A stretch of 60,465 nt of DNA from a virus. Its lineage: Duplodnaviria; Heunggongvirae; Uroviricota; Caudoviricetes. The notes under the pieces are model-generated. The model was not told where the DNA came from. It ran no database searches and worked only from the letters and a program-made list of their open reading frames with translations. Shown here piece after piece: positions 27,815-37,903 of the stretch. Every line of letters starts with the position of its first letter. Position 1 is the stretch's first letter. The translations under genes and the position numbers were made by a program. The DNA lies in the IMG/VR virus record IMGVR_UViG_3300031994_001875, positions 72,147 through 132,611 of that record, one strand, 5' to 3'.

Positions 27815-28210
27815 TTAGTTAAACTTTTGAACCAAATACCACTGCTTTCGTCTTTCCAACATCATTTGCTGGTTTCCATATTTCTTCAACATAATTCTAC
27901 ACTGTAATATATCTTCATCCGAAATTGAATGAAAACAGTATTCCTTTGCGTGTTCAATATCCTGTTTAGTTTTATTAATGTCCTGGTCAACACACCAAAG
28001 ACGAAAATCTACCCTAAAAAATCCAATGAACACAATGATAAACACAATAATCATTGGAACATAAATCTTCCAGGCTTTTACCTTAAACACCATAATACAA
28101 GCCGCAACTGCAAGCAAAATAAAATTCGCATTTAAGATAATATCCATTATATCTACATAAAGCATAGTTTTCTCCTTATCGTCTGAGTTCGTTCTTTTCC
28201 AGTTCACCAA
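27815..28210 (-). CDS. two-TM protein with Cys-pair helical hairpin (paralog)
   Basis: 2 TM, C-x12-C, ends YLVQKFN; true start probably downstream of track start. Confidence 0.7.
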   Translation of the reverse strand: MVNWKRTNSDDKEKTMLYVDIMDIILNANFILLAVAACIMVFKVKAWKIYVPMIIVFIIVFIGFFRVDFRLWCVDQDINKTKQDIEHAKEYCFHSISDEDILQCRIMLKKYGNQQMMLERRKQWYLVQKFN

Positions 28211-28553
28211 TCAACACCAACATAGCAGCATTGAGATTAGTTTCATTTGCGAAAATGGTGTCAGGCTTCAATCCAATGGCATTAGTTCCTTCCGCCATAC
28301 CCCAATAGAACTTTTCGGACTGATTGTTCTTTACCAATTTGGCGAGAAACTTGCTACAGGGATACTTGTGAAGAATTCCCTTGAAAGCAAATGCCGTTTC
28401 ACCATTTGAGAGATGGAAATACTGAACAACAGGAGATTGAACCTTGTAATTCTTCAAACGATATTCTGTACAAACAGAATCCAACTGATTCTTTTCAATT
28501 CCATACTGGGCAAGAATCTTTTCAACCTGTTCAATAGTGAGATTAGACTTCAT
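28176..28553 (-). CDS. hypothetical protein, first gene after early promoter
   Basis: AGAGGT SD. Confidence 0.75.
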   Translation of the reverse strand: MKSNLTIEQVEKILAQYGIEKNQLDSVCTEYRLKNYKVQSPVVQYFHLSNGETAFAFKGILHKYPCSKFLAKLVKNNQSEKFYWGMAEGTNAIGLKPDTIFANETNLNAAMLVLIGELEKNELRR

Positions 28554-28585
28554 GTATTACCTCTCTTGTTATTGTTGTTATTGTA

Positions 28586-28651
28586 AATATAGATAAAAAA
28601 TAGCAGTTTGTCAACTAACAAACTGCTTATTTCTGTAAAATTATGTTTACA
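28586..28651 (-). promoter_or_regulatory. early promoter + terminator hairpin + operator
   Basis: TTGACA 28614-28609, 17 bp, TATATT 28591-28586; GCAGTTTG/CAAACTGC stem; palindrome 28634-28651 (19 bp). Confidence 0.85.
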
Positions 28652-28668
28652 ATTATGTAAATAAAAGT

Positions 28669-29463
28669 TTACCAACCGTCAAATGGGTCAATTCTTGGTC
28701 GGCCTTCGTCTTTATCGTGGTAAATGACGTCCATGTGATTAACATTTTTAGACTGCTCTAACTCTTTATCTTCCAAAATGTCATTCTTCTTTAATGGGTC
28801 ATTTATGTTATACTGCTCTGGGAAATCTTTTGTAGCAACATCCCAGATTGGGTCATCTGTATCACTGATGGTTTCATTTTTATTGTCAATAGTTAGTTTA
28901 GTATCTTTGTAAACTTTCAATGTTAATGTATATGTGTGTGACTGTAATCCAAATGCTTCCTGATAATACTTAACATCTCTAATTTCGTAGAATGTTTCGT
29001 TTTGTGGCAAATAAACTACATCACCAATTCTAGGCACAAAATCGTCATAAACTTTTGGTGTGTTTCTGTCTTTTCCACCATAAGTGCTCCAGTATTTGAA
29101 TGCTGTTACCCCAACATAACAGGTGATAACATCTTCACCCCAAATTCCTTGTAATTGGTATGTTCTAACATTTGGTGGTAATTGCTCAGTATACATTACA
29201 ATGTTAAATGCTCTTTGAACAACCTGTAATTGGTCTTCTCCATAGATTTTATCTCTTACCAAATTCTCGGAAACTTTATAATAAACTACCTGGAGACCAA
29301 ATGTGCCATACGCATCAGTTGTATATGCTTCTGCTTGTTTACCTTCGTCATCAGTCACCATATTACCGGTATCTGTATTATAACAATCCCAATCATTTAC
29401 TTTTGGCATTGTGGAACATAACCAAGGATATGAATTTATATTTGTATCTACTTTTCCAGCCAT
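28669..29463 (-). CDS. neck protein, T4 gp14-like
   Basis: PRIGDVVYLPQNETFYEIRDV...AFG...YTLTLKVY resembles the gp14 core. Confidence 0.7.
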   Translation of the reverse strand: MAGKVDTNINSYPWLCSTMPKVNDWDCYNTDTGNMVTDDEGKQAEAYTTDAYGTFGLQVVYYKVSENLVRDKIYGEDQLQVVQRAFNIVMYTEQLPPNVRTYQLQGIWGEDVITCYVGVTAFKYWSTYGGKDRNTPKVYDDFVPRIGDVVYLPQNETFYEIRDVKYYQEAFGLQSHTYTLTLKVYKDTKLTIDNKNETISDTDDPIWDVATKDFPEQYNINDPLKKNDILEDKELEQSKNVNHMDVIYHDKDEGRPRIDPFDGW

Positions 29464-30281
29464 TATACTACCTTAATTACACCATCTTCATGCCAGTCAA
29501 TTTGTAAGAAATTATAGTTAGAATGTAATGTTTTACCAAATTCAAAAAATGCTACGGGTAATTCATTCTTACCTGTAAATCCCTTATTTTCATCCACATA
29601 GGTCAATAAGATACCGGCAGCACCATAATCCATTGAATCTTTATTGGCAGGTGTGTTATTATCCATTATGAATGAAGTTGCTGATAATCTACAAACATTT
29701 TCTTCTAATTTGTTTTCGTTTACACCAAATGACTGATATTCGGTTTTGTTATATTCTTCTTTGAAATTGTATTCGTTCTTGAAATACTGCATAGTAGAAG
29801 AATTAGCTGTGGCAGTTACACTCCAATCCAAATCATTTGTAATCCAACTTCCATCGTGGTTATTTGAGAAAATTCTTGACGATACAGGATAGTTAATCAT
29901 CTTTTCATAAGACTGCTCGGAACTTTCACCAGTATCATTATTAAATGAATTAACTGCGATATTCTGTAATGTCAAATCAGTAGAAATTATTTGTGAAGAT
30001 AATCCTTTTGTACCTATCAATTTACCAGCTGAATCTTTTACATTCCACATATAAGGTTCTTGAAGGTCACCCAATCTCAATAGATTATAGTCAACTAATT
30101 TTTCTTTATCTACTGCATTAGCATTATTAAGTCCTTTTAATCTATAATAATTGGTCTTAAAGAAATTGGAATCAGTAATGTTTACTTTCAAATTTCCATA
30201 GTTTATGCCTTTAATTTGCCCAGTTCCCAAGGCAAATTTATAGGAATTTGTTACACATTTATTTGACGCAGACCAAGCCAT
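29463..30281 (-). CDS. putative virion/tail protein
   Basis: In structural operon; C-term LPVAFFEFG..FLQIDW.DGVI. Confidence 0.55.
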   Translation of the reverse strand: MAWSASNKCVTNSYKFALGTGQIKGINYGNLKVNITDSNFFKTNYYRLKGLNNANAVDKEKLVDYNLLRLGDLQEPYMWNVKDSAGKLIGTKGLSSQIISTDLTLQNIAVNSFNNDTGESSEQSYEKMINYPVSSRIFSNNHDGSWITNDLDWSVTATANSSTMQYFKNEYNFKEEYNKTEYQSFGVNENKLEENVCRLSATSFIMDNNTPANKDSMDYGAAGILLTYVDENKGFTGKNELPVAFFEFGKTLHSNYNFLQIDWHEDGVIKVV

Positions 30282-33200
30282 TATTGAACTTCCAAAATAA
30301 TCTTTTTAGTTTTCTTTGTATTTATTCTTAAATCTAGTGCTGGGAACGAAATAGCATTACCTGTAATAGGTGCGTTCTGGTCATTATCCAAGAACATAAC
30401 ATTTCTACCAAAACTATCTACAACCAACAAACCACCCAAATTCATATTAGAAGAAACACTGGTTGTATTGAATGTTCCATACTTGTTAATGTTTTCTCTA
30501 ATGGCTGCTGGTGATAGATATTCACCCAATGAAATTGTACTTAGTCTACTTTCGTCTAATTGTTCAGTTAATGTTAAGTCAGTACCATAACCCATCATAG
30601 AATTACTTGCAGTGAATGTTACAGGGAGTTTGAAAGCAAATGCGTTTTCAAGAGTGTTATATGTTGTATGAACTTGATTATAACTACCTGATGTAGCAGA
30701 GTATGTGTAGTAGAAATAACTATCGGTAGAATTTCTTGCTTTGAATGTTACTTTATCAGTCCATTGAATAGAAGCATTGTTATTAACTACCCAAGTTGGG
30801 TTATAGTGTTTCATAATGTTCTTTACAAATCTCTTTGGTGTGTTATATTGTCTAGTGTTAATATCATAACAGTTTAATTGATAATATTCAAATGCAGTTG
30901 TATTAGCATTATTTGGAGAATCAATATAACCTTGATTACCATTATACCAACCATCAGGAACATTGATAACAGTAGTATAACCATCGTAAGTATTCTGTGT
31001 TCCGTTTGCTATAAATCTATCTACCTGATCTTGTACAAGACCATCAAGATAAAGACCACTGTTAGCAGAATACAAATCGGCAGATGCAGTATCCCATTTC
31101 AAATAAGAAGAAACTTCTTTATTTGTATAACCATAATGTGTACCAACACGATTCCAATACTTCTTAATCAAATACAATTCTTTCGCATTGAAATAGTTGC
31201 CAGATAAATGTTCTGGTGATAAATCAGTAGAAGTAGGTGGTAATTGCATATAGTGCCACTGGTTAATGTAATCATCATACAATTCTATCCAATTATCCAC
31301 ATTAGAATAACAACCATTCATTACAATAAGTTTAGAAGCCATATTGCGTTTGTTATAACCACCAAATCTATTAGTAGCATCGTAGTTTGGATAATAGAAA
31401 TCCTGGTGAAGAATATCATAAGGTCCCCAATAACCACCATTATTAGACCATCTATAATCGTTGTTAGTTAGTAGGTCAGGAATAAACTGGTACATTTCGT
31501 GGGATTGTGTAATACCGCCATTGTGAGCAGATAATTCAATAGGATAATCTGTTCCCCAATAGATACCCAAATTACTTAAGGATTGTTTACTCTTGTTTGT
31601 AGCACCTTCATACAATGCTGTGGCAGCACTGTTAACTGTATATGAAACACCTTCAATTACATTGTTCTTGATTTCGTAAATACCAACATATTTCTTTGTA
31701 CATGTACCAGAGTTCAAAGCAGAGAACGCAGATCTATAATCACCAGTATCTTTCAAGTCAATAACATCAGGAACCCAACCTTCGTTTTCTTCAAAATGGT
31801 TAGCGAAATATCTAAATGGTTCACCAACATTTGATAAAGCAGAAATTTGGCAATTATTAAATGCTAATGAGTTAAAGAAATAGATACTGTTGTTAGTTGT
31901 GGCATAATCAACCTTACCAATCAAAGCACCAAATGCGTTTTCAGGTCGCTTAAAGTTTTCTGTTGAATCGTAGTTGTCTTTATAAAGAACTGTACTATTG
32001 TTTACTACACATACCATATTTTGATAGTATTCATTAACACCATAAGTAGGAATATATCTACCAAACATACCACCAACAACGAAGATAGGTCTTAATTTGT
32101 ATGAAATTACATCGTTAGTGACTGTAGTAGCGGTGTTAACTGTGTATTCTAATGAAGCAGCATCAGGACGAGTTTCGTCATACCATGCTTCACAGTACAT
32201 ACTCAATAAATTCTTCTTACCAGTATCATTATCACTAGCACTAGCCAAAGCACCTTGGATATATTGTTTTACTGGTTCGGAGAATACAGGAGTTTGTTTA
32301 TAATAAACAACATCACCATTTTCAGGCTTACTTTCCAAATCATACTTTAACTGGTTATCCATATAAACAGATACCTGGTCAATATAACCATTAGCCTGCT
32401 TACCAGCAAGACCACCAATAAATCCTACGAAGTTGGATGTGTTTTGAACAATAGCACTTACTTGAATGTTAAGAGCTGTACCGTAGTTAGCACCAATTAT
32501 AGTACCAACATTATATGCAGCTCTAGCATTTGGTTGTGGTCGCATAGAAACACGGGTCATTTCATATTCAGGTTCCAATGCGGAACAATCTCTATAACCA
32601 CTATTTCCAAGTACCTTTTGGCACAAATTACTATTGAAATTTTCTACCCAGGTTTGTGGGTTATCTAATTTACCAACTGCACGAACAGTGAAATAACCAT
32701 AATTATCTACACCGTAATATAATGGGTTTCTAATGATAGCGGCAGCTTCGTAGTTATTATCCAAATCGTAGTTGTAAGTATTTGAAGCGATGTTTCTAGT
32801 GGTATTAACACCAACATAACTACCATTATATTGTATCATTGAACCTAACTGATATAGGTATAAACTATTTGGACTTGGGCATCTAATAGACCAGTCAATG
32901 TTATTTTCTTTGTATGCGGTTGAGTTTTTCCAACTAGCATAACCATTAGCAAAGAACATAGCATAGAAACTCTGTCCAGTTACTGCGAAATCAAAAGCTG
33001 ATAGATTAGTGTCAACACATAGACCCAATCTATCATCAGCAAATTTTCCCTCATTGAAATAACCAACATAAGGGCAAATGTTACCTGGAGAGTTAATACA
33101 GAAAGAGTTTAGATACATAAAGTTTTCATTGTTTGTATCAAATTTCTTTCTTACAATCTTTTCAGTTTCATTCCATTTATAACTGTCGGACTTGTTTGTT

Positions 33201-34102
33201 ACAGAATAAACACTTGGTACACAACCATATATCTTGAATGAACCAAGATTCTTCGCATCAATGTTTTCAATCTTACCATAGTTTCTACCAACCAACAATC
33301 CACAGTTAATATCTCTACCATCATTCTTAATGTGGGTCAAGTTAATTGGCTTTTCACAATCAATAGAAATTCTATTGAAATCACTATGTTTCAAAATGAA
33401 GTTTCTAGCAATACCTTGTGAACCCAAAACACCAATTACACCATTATCAGTGTATTGTGCTTTAACTGTAATATCAAATGTGAAATAGTTACCATCCAAG
33501 ATACCATTGAAAGGGTGTTTTTCGTCATAACCAATAGGTTTAGAAATTACACCGTCAAAGTTATCACCAATAACACCAATAATTTTATCGTTTTGGTTTA
33601 CACGTTCTGCGAACCATTCCAATTCATCCTTGGAACGAATAAAATAGAAACCACTATTTAGATACTGGTCAATATATGGGTTATTTGCTACTGTAGCGGA
33701 ATAGTAATTTTTAAAATTGTTAAAGTTATCCTTTGTTACATACATTGGTTTATTATTGAGTTCGTCATCGTCTAAAACTTTAGTCCAAGTGAATGTTAAT
33801 GGAACACCATCAACTAAAGTAGCACCCTTTATTCTAGTAGCATCATCAATTCTAATATATTCTTCTTTACCAAACTGATGTGGGTTAATATAGTTTCCAA
33901 CAATATCAAAACTATTAGGGTTTCTTTTATCAGCAACATTCTTGAAATCCATTATGGTTCTATAATGGTCTAAACGAATATCATCAAATTCAAAGGTCTG
34001 TTTAAATGAGTCTGCAACTGGAATGAATGTCCAGGTATCAGCTGATGGAACATTACCTTCTAAATATCTTTTCTTAAAATCGTTAAATACAAATGAACTC
34101 AT
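30281..34102 (-). CDS. large virion protein with GLUG-like beta-solenoid region
   Basis: 1273 aa N/Y/T-rich; PFNGILDGN, CGLLVGRNYG, VGTIIGANYG, IGGLAGK repeats. Confidence 0.65.
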   Translation of the reverse strand: MSSFVFNDFKKRYLEGNVPSADTWTFIPVADSFKQTFEFDDIRLDHYRTIMDFKNVADKRNPNSFDIVGNYINPHQFGKEEYIRIDDATRIKGATLVDGVPLTFTWTKVLDDDELNNKPMYVTKDNFNNFKNYYSATVANNPYIDQYLNSGFYFIRSKDELEWFAERVNQNDKIIGVIGDNFDGVISKPIGYDEKHPFNGILDGNYFTFDITVKAQYTDNGVIGVLGSQGIARNFILKHSDFNRISIDCEKPINLTHIKNDGRDINCGLLVGRNYGKIENIDAKNLGSFKIYGCVPSVYSVTNKSDSYKWNETEKIVRKKFDTNNENFMYLNSFCINSPGNICPYVGYFNEGKFADDRLGLCVDTNLSAFDFAVTGQSFYAMFFANGYASWKNSTAYKENNIDWSIRCPSPNSLYLYQLGSMIQYNGSYVGVNTTRNIASNTYNYDLDNNYEAAAIIRNPLYYGVDNYGYFTVRAVGKLDNPQTWVENFNSNLCQKVLGNSGYRDCSALEPEYEMTRVSMRPQPNARAAYNVGTIIGANYGTALNIQVSAIVQNTSNFVGFIGGLAGKQANGYIDQVSVYMDNQLKYDLESKPENGDVVYYKQTPVFSEPVKQYIQGALASASDNDTGKKNLLSMYCEAWYDETRPDAASLEYTVNTATTVTNDVISYKLRPIFVVGGMFGRYIPTYGVNEYYQNMVCVVNNSTVLYKDNYDSTENFKRPENAFGALIGKVDYATTNNSIYFFNSLAFNNCQISALSNVGEPFRYFANHFEENEGWVPDVIDLKDTGDYRSAFSALNSGTCTKKYVGIYEIKNNVIEGVSYTVNSAATALYEGATNKSKQSLSNLGIYWGTDYPIELSAHNGGITQSHEMYQFIPDLLTNNDYRWSNNGGYWGPYDILHQDFYYPNYDATNRFGGYNKRNMASKLIVMNGCYSNVDNWIELYDDYINQWHYMQLPPTSTDLSPEHLSGNYFNAKELYLIKKYWNRVGTHYGYTNKEVSSYLKWDTASADLYSANSGLYLDGLVQDQVDRFIANGTQNTYDGYTTVINVPDGWYNGNQGYIDSPNNANTTAFEYYQLNCYDINTRQYNTPKRFVKNIMKHYNPTWVVNNNASIQWTDKVTFKARNSTDSYFYYTYSATSGSYNQVHTTYNTLENAFAFKLPVTFTASNSMMGYGTDLTLTEQLDESRLSTISLGEYLSPAAIRENINKYGTFNTTSVSSNMNLGGLLVVDSFGRNVMFLDNDQNAPITGNAISFPALDLRINTKKTKKIILEVQ

Positions 34103-36315
34103 TATCTATCCCATCTTTCAAGATAATCTTGAATATCACTATTGTTAGTTGTTGGGTTTGGTCGGTTTGCTAATATACTAATAGTATTTAGTTTGGTATC
34201 TGCTTTATTTTGTGTTAAATTAGCGGCACCATAAATGGTTTCGTCGGTGTTGTCACGAATTGAAGTTGGTTTTTCTTCATCTGTGTTAGTTCCATTAAAT
34301 CGTTTCCAATCACCCATAATTGTTTTATCGTCACCAGCACCAAATATATCTCTACATCTAGCATTAGCATCATCAGCAGAAATAATCATACTTGGGTTGT
34401 TCTCGTTTGGAATACCATAACCATTACCATTCACATGATAAACAAAGTATAATCCAAAATTACCATTAGCCAACTTTGCGACCACAGGGCAATACTGATT
34501 TTGTACACCGTGGCAAGCAGGTCTTGTAGTATCTTCACTAATTGTTTTACCTGAATATGTCTTTATACCATTTACACCAATGCTAACATTAGAAAATAAA
34601 TATCTTTCACCAGTTTGGTAAATCTTTGTATCGTGTAGACTTTGGAACTTTGTATTATAGTTGTTGCTAATTGTATCTCTTGTTAAATACAATGTTCTGT
34701 AATAATACTGATTTATATTACCATCTGGCATACGAATTGGATTACATATATTCCATTCTACGGCTGGACCTTCGGCAAAGAACAAATGAGAATACAAATA
34801 CAATCTTGCTAAACTTTGTATATAACCTGTATTCTTCAAATTCATAATTGTTTCCAACAAATCCCAACCATCTCTACCGTTCCAGCACATTAGATACAAT
34901 ATGTTGTTTCGTTCAACATAAACACACCAATTCTTAATAGTTTCAACCCAGAACCATGACTGTGATTCACTAATAGCATTAAAGGGGTCTTCAATGTTTG
35001 CTTGTGATGCTGTTGTTCCCTTACTTGAATAGTATTCAGTTGGTGTTTGCCATTTCGTTTCAGGGTCATTCAACATTTCTTCTAGGATAGTTTCTGCTGG
35101 TGGGTCGGCAGTATATGTTTTACCAACTTCCGAGTATTGGTAAGTTTTACCATTGTTTCTTTTTACATTCTTATAAGTGAATTTTTTAATACCTGGTATT
35201 TCTTCGTATGGATTAACATCATCCATATAAGTTGTAACCAAGGTATATTTTTCTACAATGTCAATATCAGTAGCACCATTGTTATCAGTAGAAATAATCA
35301 AAGAATTTTTATCTGTTAATGTAGTAGAAGTATTATAAGGGTCTATATCTTCACCTGAGTGGTTATAAACTAAGGTCTTATCACCATTACCAATGAACTC
35401 AGCTAGAATACCAAGTTTTACTGGACTTACTTTATTCCATTTTTCATCCAAATTAACAGGAATATCACTTCTTACGAAACAATAGTGATAATCACTATTG
35501 TAATTACAAATATATGGATAAACGAATACACCAGACCCTGTATATACTTCAGTAATCCCACCTGTTTCTTCACCATTAGAATCACAATTAATAGTTTGTA
35601 ATTTTACTTGTGGGCATCTTCTACTTTGGAATACTGTAGCCCATAGTTCATCAGATAATATATCTTTATTACAGTTGTTTCTATATGTACAGTCTCCCCA
35701 ATAGTGAGCCATTTTCTTTACGATACATCTTTCATCTGATACACCATAATTGGGAACAAATGATTCGGAACTATCAAATCTCAAATCAGGGAAAACAAAT
35801 AAAGGAACTTGTTCTTTTATTGTTTCACCTGTTGCTGGGTCAGTTCCTCTTGATTCTTCTCTATAATCATAGGGAATATTAATTAAAGAATCCCAAGAAT
35901 AAATTTCATCGTCTGTTATTTCAGTATCAGAAGGGGATTGATACCAATTTTTAAGATATGTTTCTTTGAACTTGACTACAATTTTATCATCTTTTAAAGA
36001 TAACCAACTGGCTAGGATAAAACCAATCCCGTGTTCTACTAATAATTTCTTACTGAATAAGAAATGACCGGTATCGTCTTGTAAAATACCATCGTTTGTA
36101 CTAAATTTTTCTACACTTTCACCTGCTGGAGTAGTAGATGTTAATGAATAAACGAATGGAAATCTATTACATTTATAAACATCTTGTGATAAATCGTTCC
36201 CAGCTTTTGTGCGTAGACGAAGTGGGACTGTGTAGTTCATTGTTGTACGCAAGTCCCATAATTTACCATTTTCGTCTGATTCAATGCTATAAATCTTTGT
36301 TCGGGTTTCAGCCAT
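34102..36315 (-). CDS. putative virion protein
   Basis: 737 aa, first gene after TATAAATA site. Confidence 0.6.
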   Translation of the reverse strand: MAETRTKIYSIESDENGKLWDLRTTMNYTVPLRLRTKAGNDLSQDVYKCNRFPFVYSLTSTTPAGESVEKFSTNDGILQDDTGHFLFSKKLLVEHGIGFILASWLSLKDDKIVVKFKETYLKNWYQSPSDTEITDDEIYSWDSLINIPYDYREESRGTDPATGETIKEQVPLFVFPDLRFDSSESFVPNYGVSDERCIVKKMAHYWGDCTYRNNCNKDILSDELWATVFQSRRCPQVKLQTINCDSNGEETGGITEVYTGSGVFVYPYICNYNSDYHYCFVRSDIPVNLDEKWNKVSPVKLGILAEFIGNGDKTLVYNHSGEDIDPYNTSTTLTDKNSLIISTDNNGATDIDIVEKYTLVTTYMDDVNPYEEIPGIKKFTYKNVKRNNGKTYQYSEVGKTYTADPPAETILEEMLNDPETKWQTPTEYYSSKGTTASQANIEDPFNAISESQSWFWVETIKNWCVYVERNNILYLMCWNGRDGWDLLETIMNLKNTGYIQSLARLYLYSHLFFAEGPAVEWNICNPIRMPDGNINQYYYRTLYLTRDTISNNYNTKFQSLHDTKIYQTGERYLFSNVSIGVNGIKTYSGKTISEDTTRPACHGVQNQYCPVVAKLANGNFGLYFVYHVNGNGYGIPNENNPSMIISADDANARCRDIFGAGDDKTIMGDWKRFNGTNTDEEKPTSIRDNTDETIYGAANLTQNKADTKLNTISILANRPNPTTNNSDIQDYLERWDR

Positions 36316-36322
36316 AGTAATA

Positions 36323-36330
36323 TATTTATA
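36323..36330 (-). promoter_or_regulatory. T4-type late promoter candidate
   Basis: TATAAATA just upstream of the structural operon. Confidence 0.55.
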
Positions 36331-36336
36331 GCCACA

Positions 36337-37587
36337 TTAGATATTCAAAGATGTAGATATTACTGGGAATTCCTGTTCTTTGTAATAACTCATTCTTTCT
36401 TTCCAATGCTTAATCAAATAGTTCTCAACAACTCTTCCAGTTCTTGTCTTGTAAGATAAATCGTCAATAATATCATACAAAATAATCTGGTTCTTTGTTG
36501 CGTGTTTTCTTAATCCACGACCGATAGACTGTAGAACTTTGATTTTAGATTTACTATTAGCATACAAGATAACATCGTGTAGTTTTGGCATATTAACACC
36601 AGTACTCATAGTTGCGTATGTTGCTAACAAAATAGTACCATCTTCCTCTTCAATACCCTTACGAATGTCACTTCTTTCTTCACCACTAACGGCACCGGTG
36701 ATTACAGAAACTTTCTTATCTGGGTATTTTTCGTTCAACCATTCTTTAATTAACTGAACGTGTTTCAAATGGTTCATTAATACCAATACATTATGTTTCT
36801 TGTCTGTGTGTTCTAAAATGTATTCTAGGACTTTGTTTCTATCTTGGTATTCTTCTACCATTTTGACTTCTTCAGGATAACTTCTTCCCTTATTCTTCAA
36901 TACGAAATCGGAAGGATATTTTGCGATAATGTTCGCAATCTTGATTTTAGTCAATACACCCTTGTCAATGAGTTCTTTGGACTTCAATTCAAAGATTACA
37001 TCACCAACAACTTCTCTAATTTGTAACAAATCGCATTTGTCATTAGGGAGTGTACCGGTAGTACCAATTTTGTAATAAGCATTACAACACCATTTCATTA
37101 GTTTACTCATTACATTGGCTTTTACACCATGTACTTCGTCAACGAAAACGGCATTGTATTTTTCAAAAAATTCACTGTCTTTATTTTGTAATGACTGCCA
37201 TGTGGAAATTAACACAGGTTTGTCAAATGTGGCTTCATGTCCACCACCCAATCTTTCTACATCGTCATCCAAATTGTCATATCCATAACTTTCAAAATCG
37301 TCATACATCTGGTCAACAAGCATAATGTTAGGAACGATTAGAAGGATATGTTTCATTTCTTGTTTTCTCAAACAACGGATAATGTTGTAAATCATTAAAG
37401 ACTTACCACTAGATGTACAAGATAATAGAATACCCTTATGATACTTTAATGCTGCTCTTACTGCTTTGTCTTGATAATCACGAATTTGGAATGGGGCATT
37501 TTTCATGTTGTCTTGAATTTGTGCCAAATAGTCTTTTTCATCTATTTCTTCCAAAAATTCGGTATCTCTAAATCCGTTCAAGTTCAA
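36337..37587 (-). CDS. uvsW: UvsW-like SF2 helicase, catalytic part
   Basis: RDYQ, CTSSGKS, DEVH, GTTGT, STGVN, LQSIGRGLR motifs. Confidence 0.9.
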   Translation of the reverse strand: MNLNGFRDTEFLEEIDEKDYLAQIQDNMKNAPFQIRDYQDKAVRAALKYHKGILLSCTSSGKSLMIYNIIRCLRKQEMKHILLIVPNIMLVDQMYDDFESYGYDNLDDDVERLGGGHEATFDKPVLISTWQSLQNKDSEFFEKYNAVFVDEVHGVKANVMSKLMKWCCNAYYKIGTTGTLPNDKCDLLQIREVVGDVIFELKSKELIDKGVLTKIKIANIIAKYPSDFVLKNKGRSYPEEVKMVEEYQDRNKVLEYILEHTDKKHNVLVLMNHLKHVQLIKEWLNEKYPDKKVSVITGAVSGEERSDIRKGIEEEDGTILLATYATMSTGVNMPKLHDVILYANSKSKIKVLQSIGRGLRKHATKNQIILYDIIDDLSYKTRTGRVVENYLIKHWKERMSYYKEQEFPVISTSLNI

Positions 37588-37828
37588 ATGTTGTTCCTTG
37601 GTTTCTAGCCCATAACAACAAATCTTTTACTAATCCTATTGGAAGGATACTTGAACGCATATTATAAGAATGGTGTTTACCATCCCACACACGAAGTTTA
37701 AATCGTGGCTGAAACTGATAGCCAGATACATATTCGGAGTAACGAGAGTAAATGTTAAAGTTAATATCTTCGCTTGCGTCTATTTCTACAAATGATTCAT
37801 TTAATTTTTTAATTGATAATTCTGCCAT
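37568..37828 (-). CDS. uvsW: UvsW N-terminal domain, in a separate reading frame
   Basis: GYQFQPRFKLRVWDG...LPIGLV matches the T4 UvsW N-terminal Arg/aromatic loop. Confidence 0.8.
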   Translation of the reverse strand: MAELSIKKLNESFVEIDASEDINFNIYSRYSEYVSGYQFQPRFKLRVWDGKHHSYNMRSSILPIGLVKDLLLWARNQGTTFELERI

Positions 37829-37857
37829 ATTAACCTATTTTCTTTTAAATATAGAAA

Positions 37858-37881
37858 AAACTCGGAGAAAATTCCGAGTTT
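37858..37881 (-). terminator. intrinsic terminator
   Basis: AAACTCGGA/TCCGAGTTT stem with T-run on minus strand. Confidence 0.65.
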
Positions 37882-37903
37882 CTCATTTTTTATGTATAAA
37901 CTA

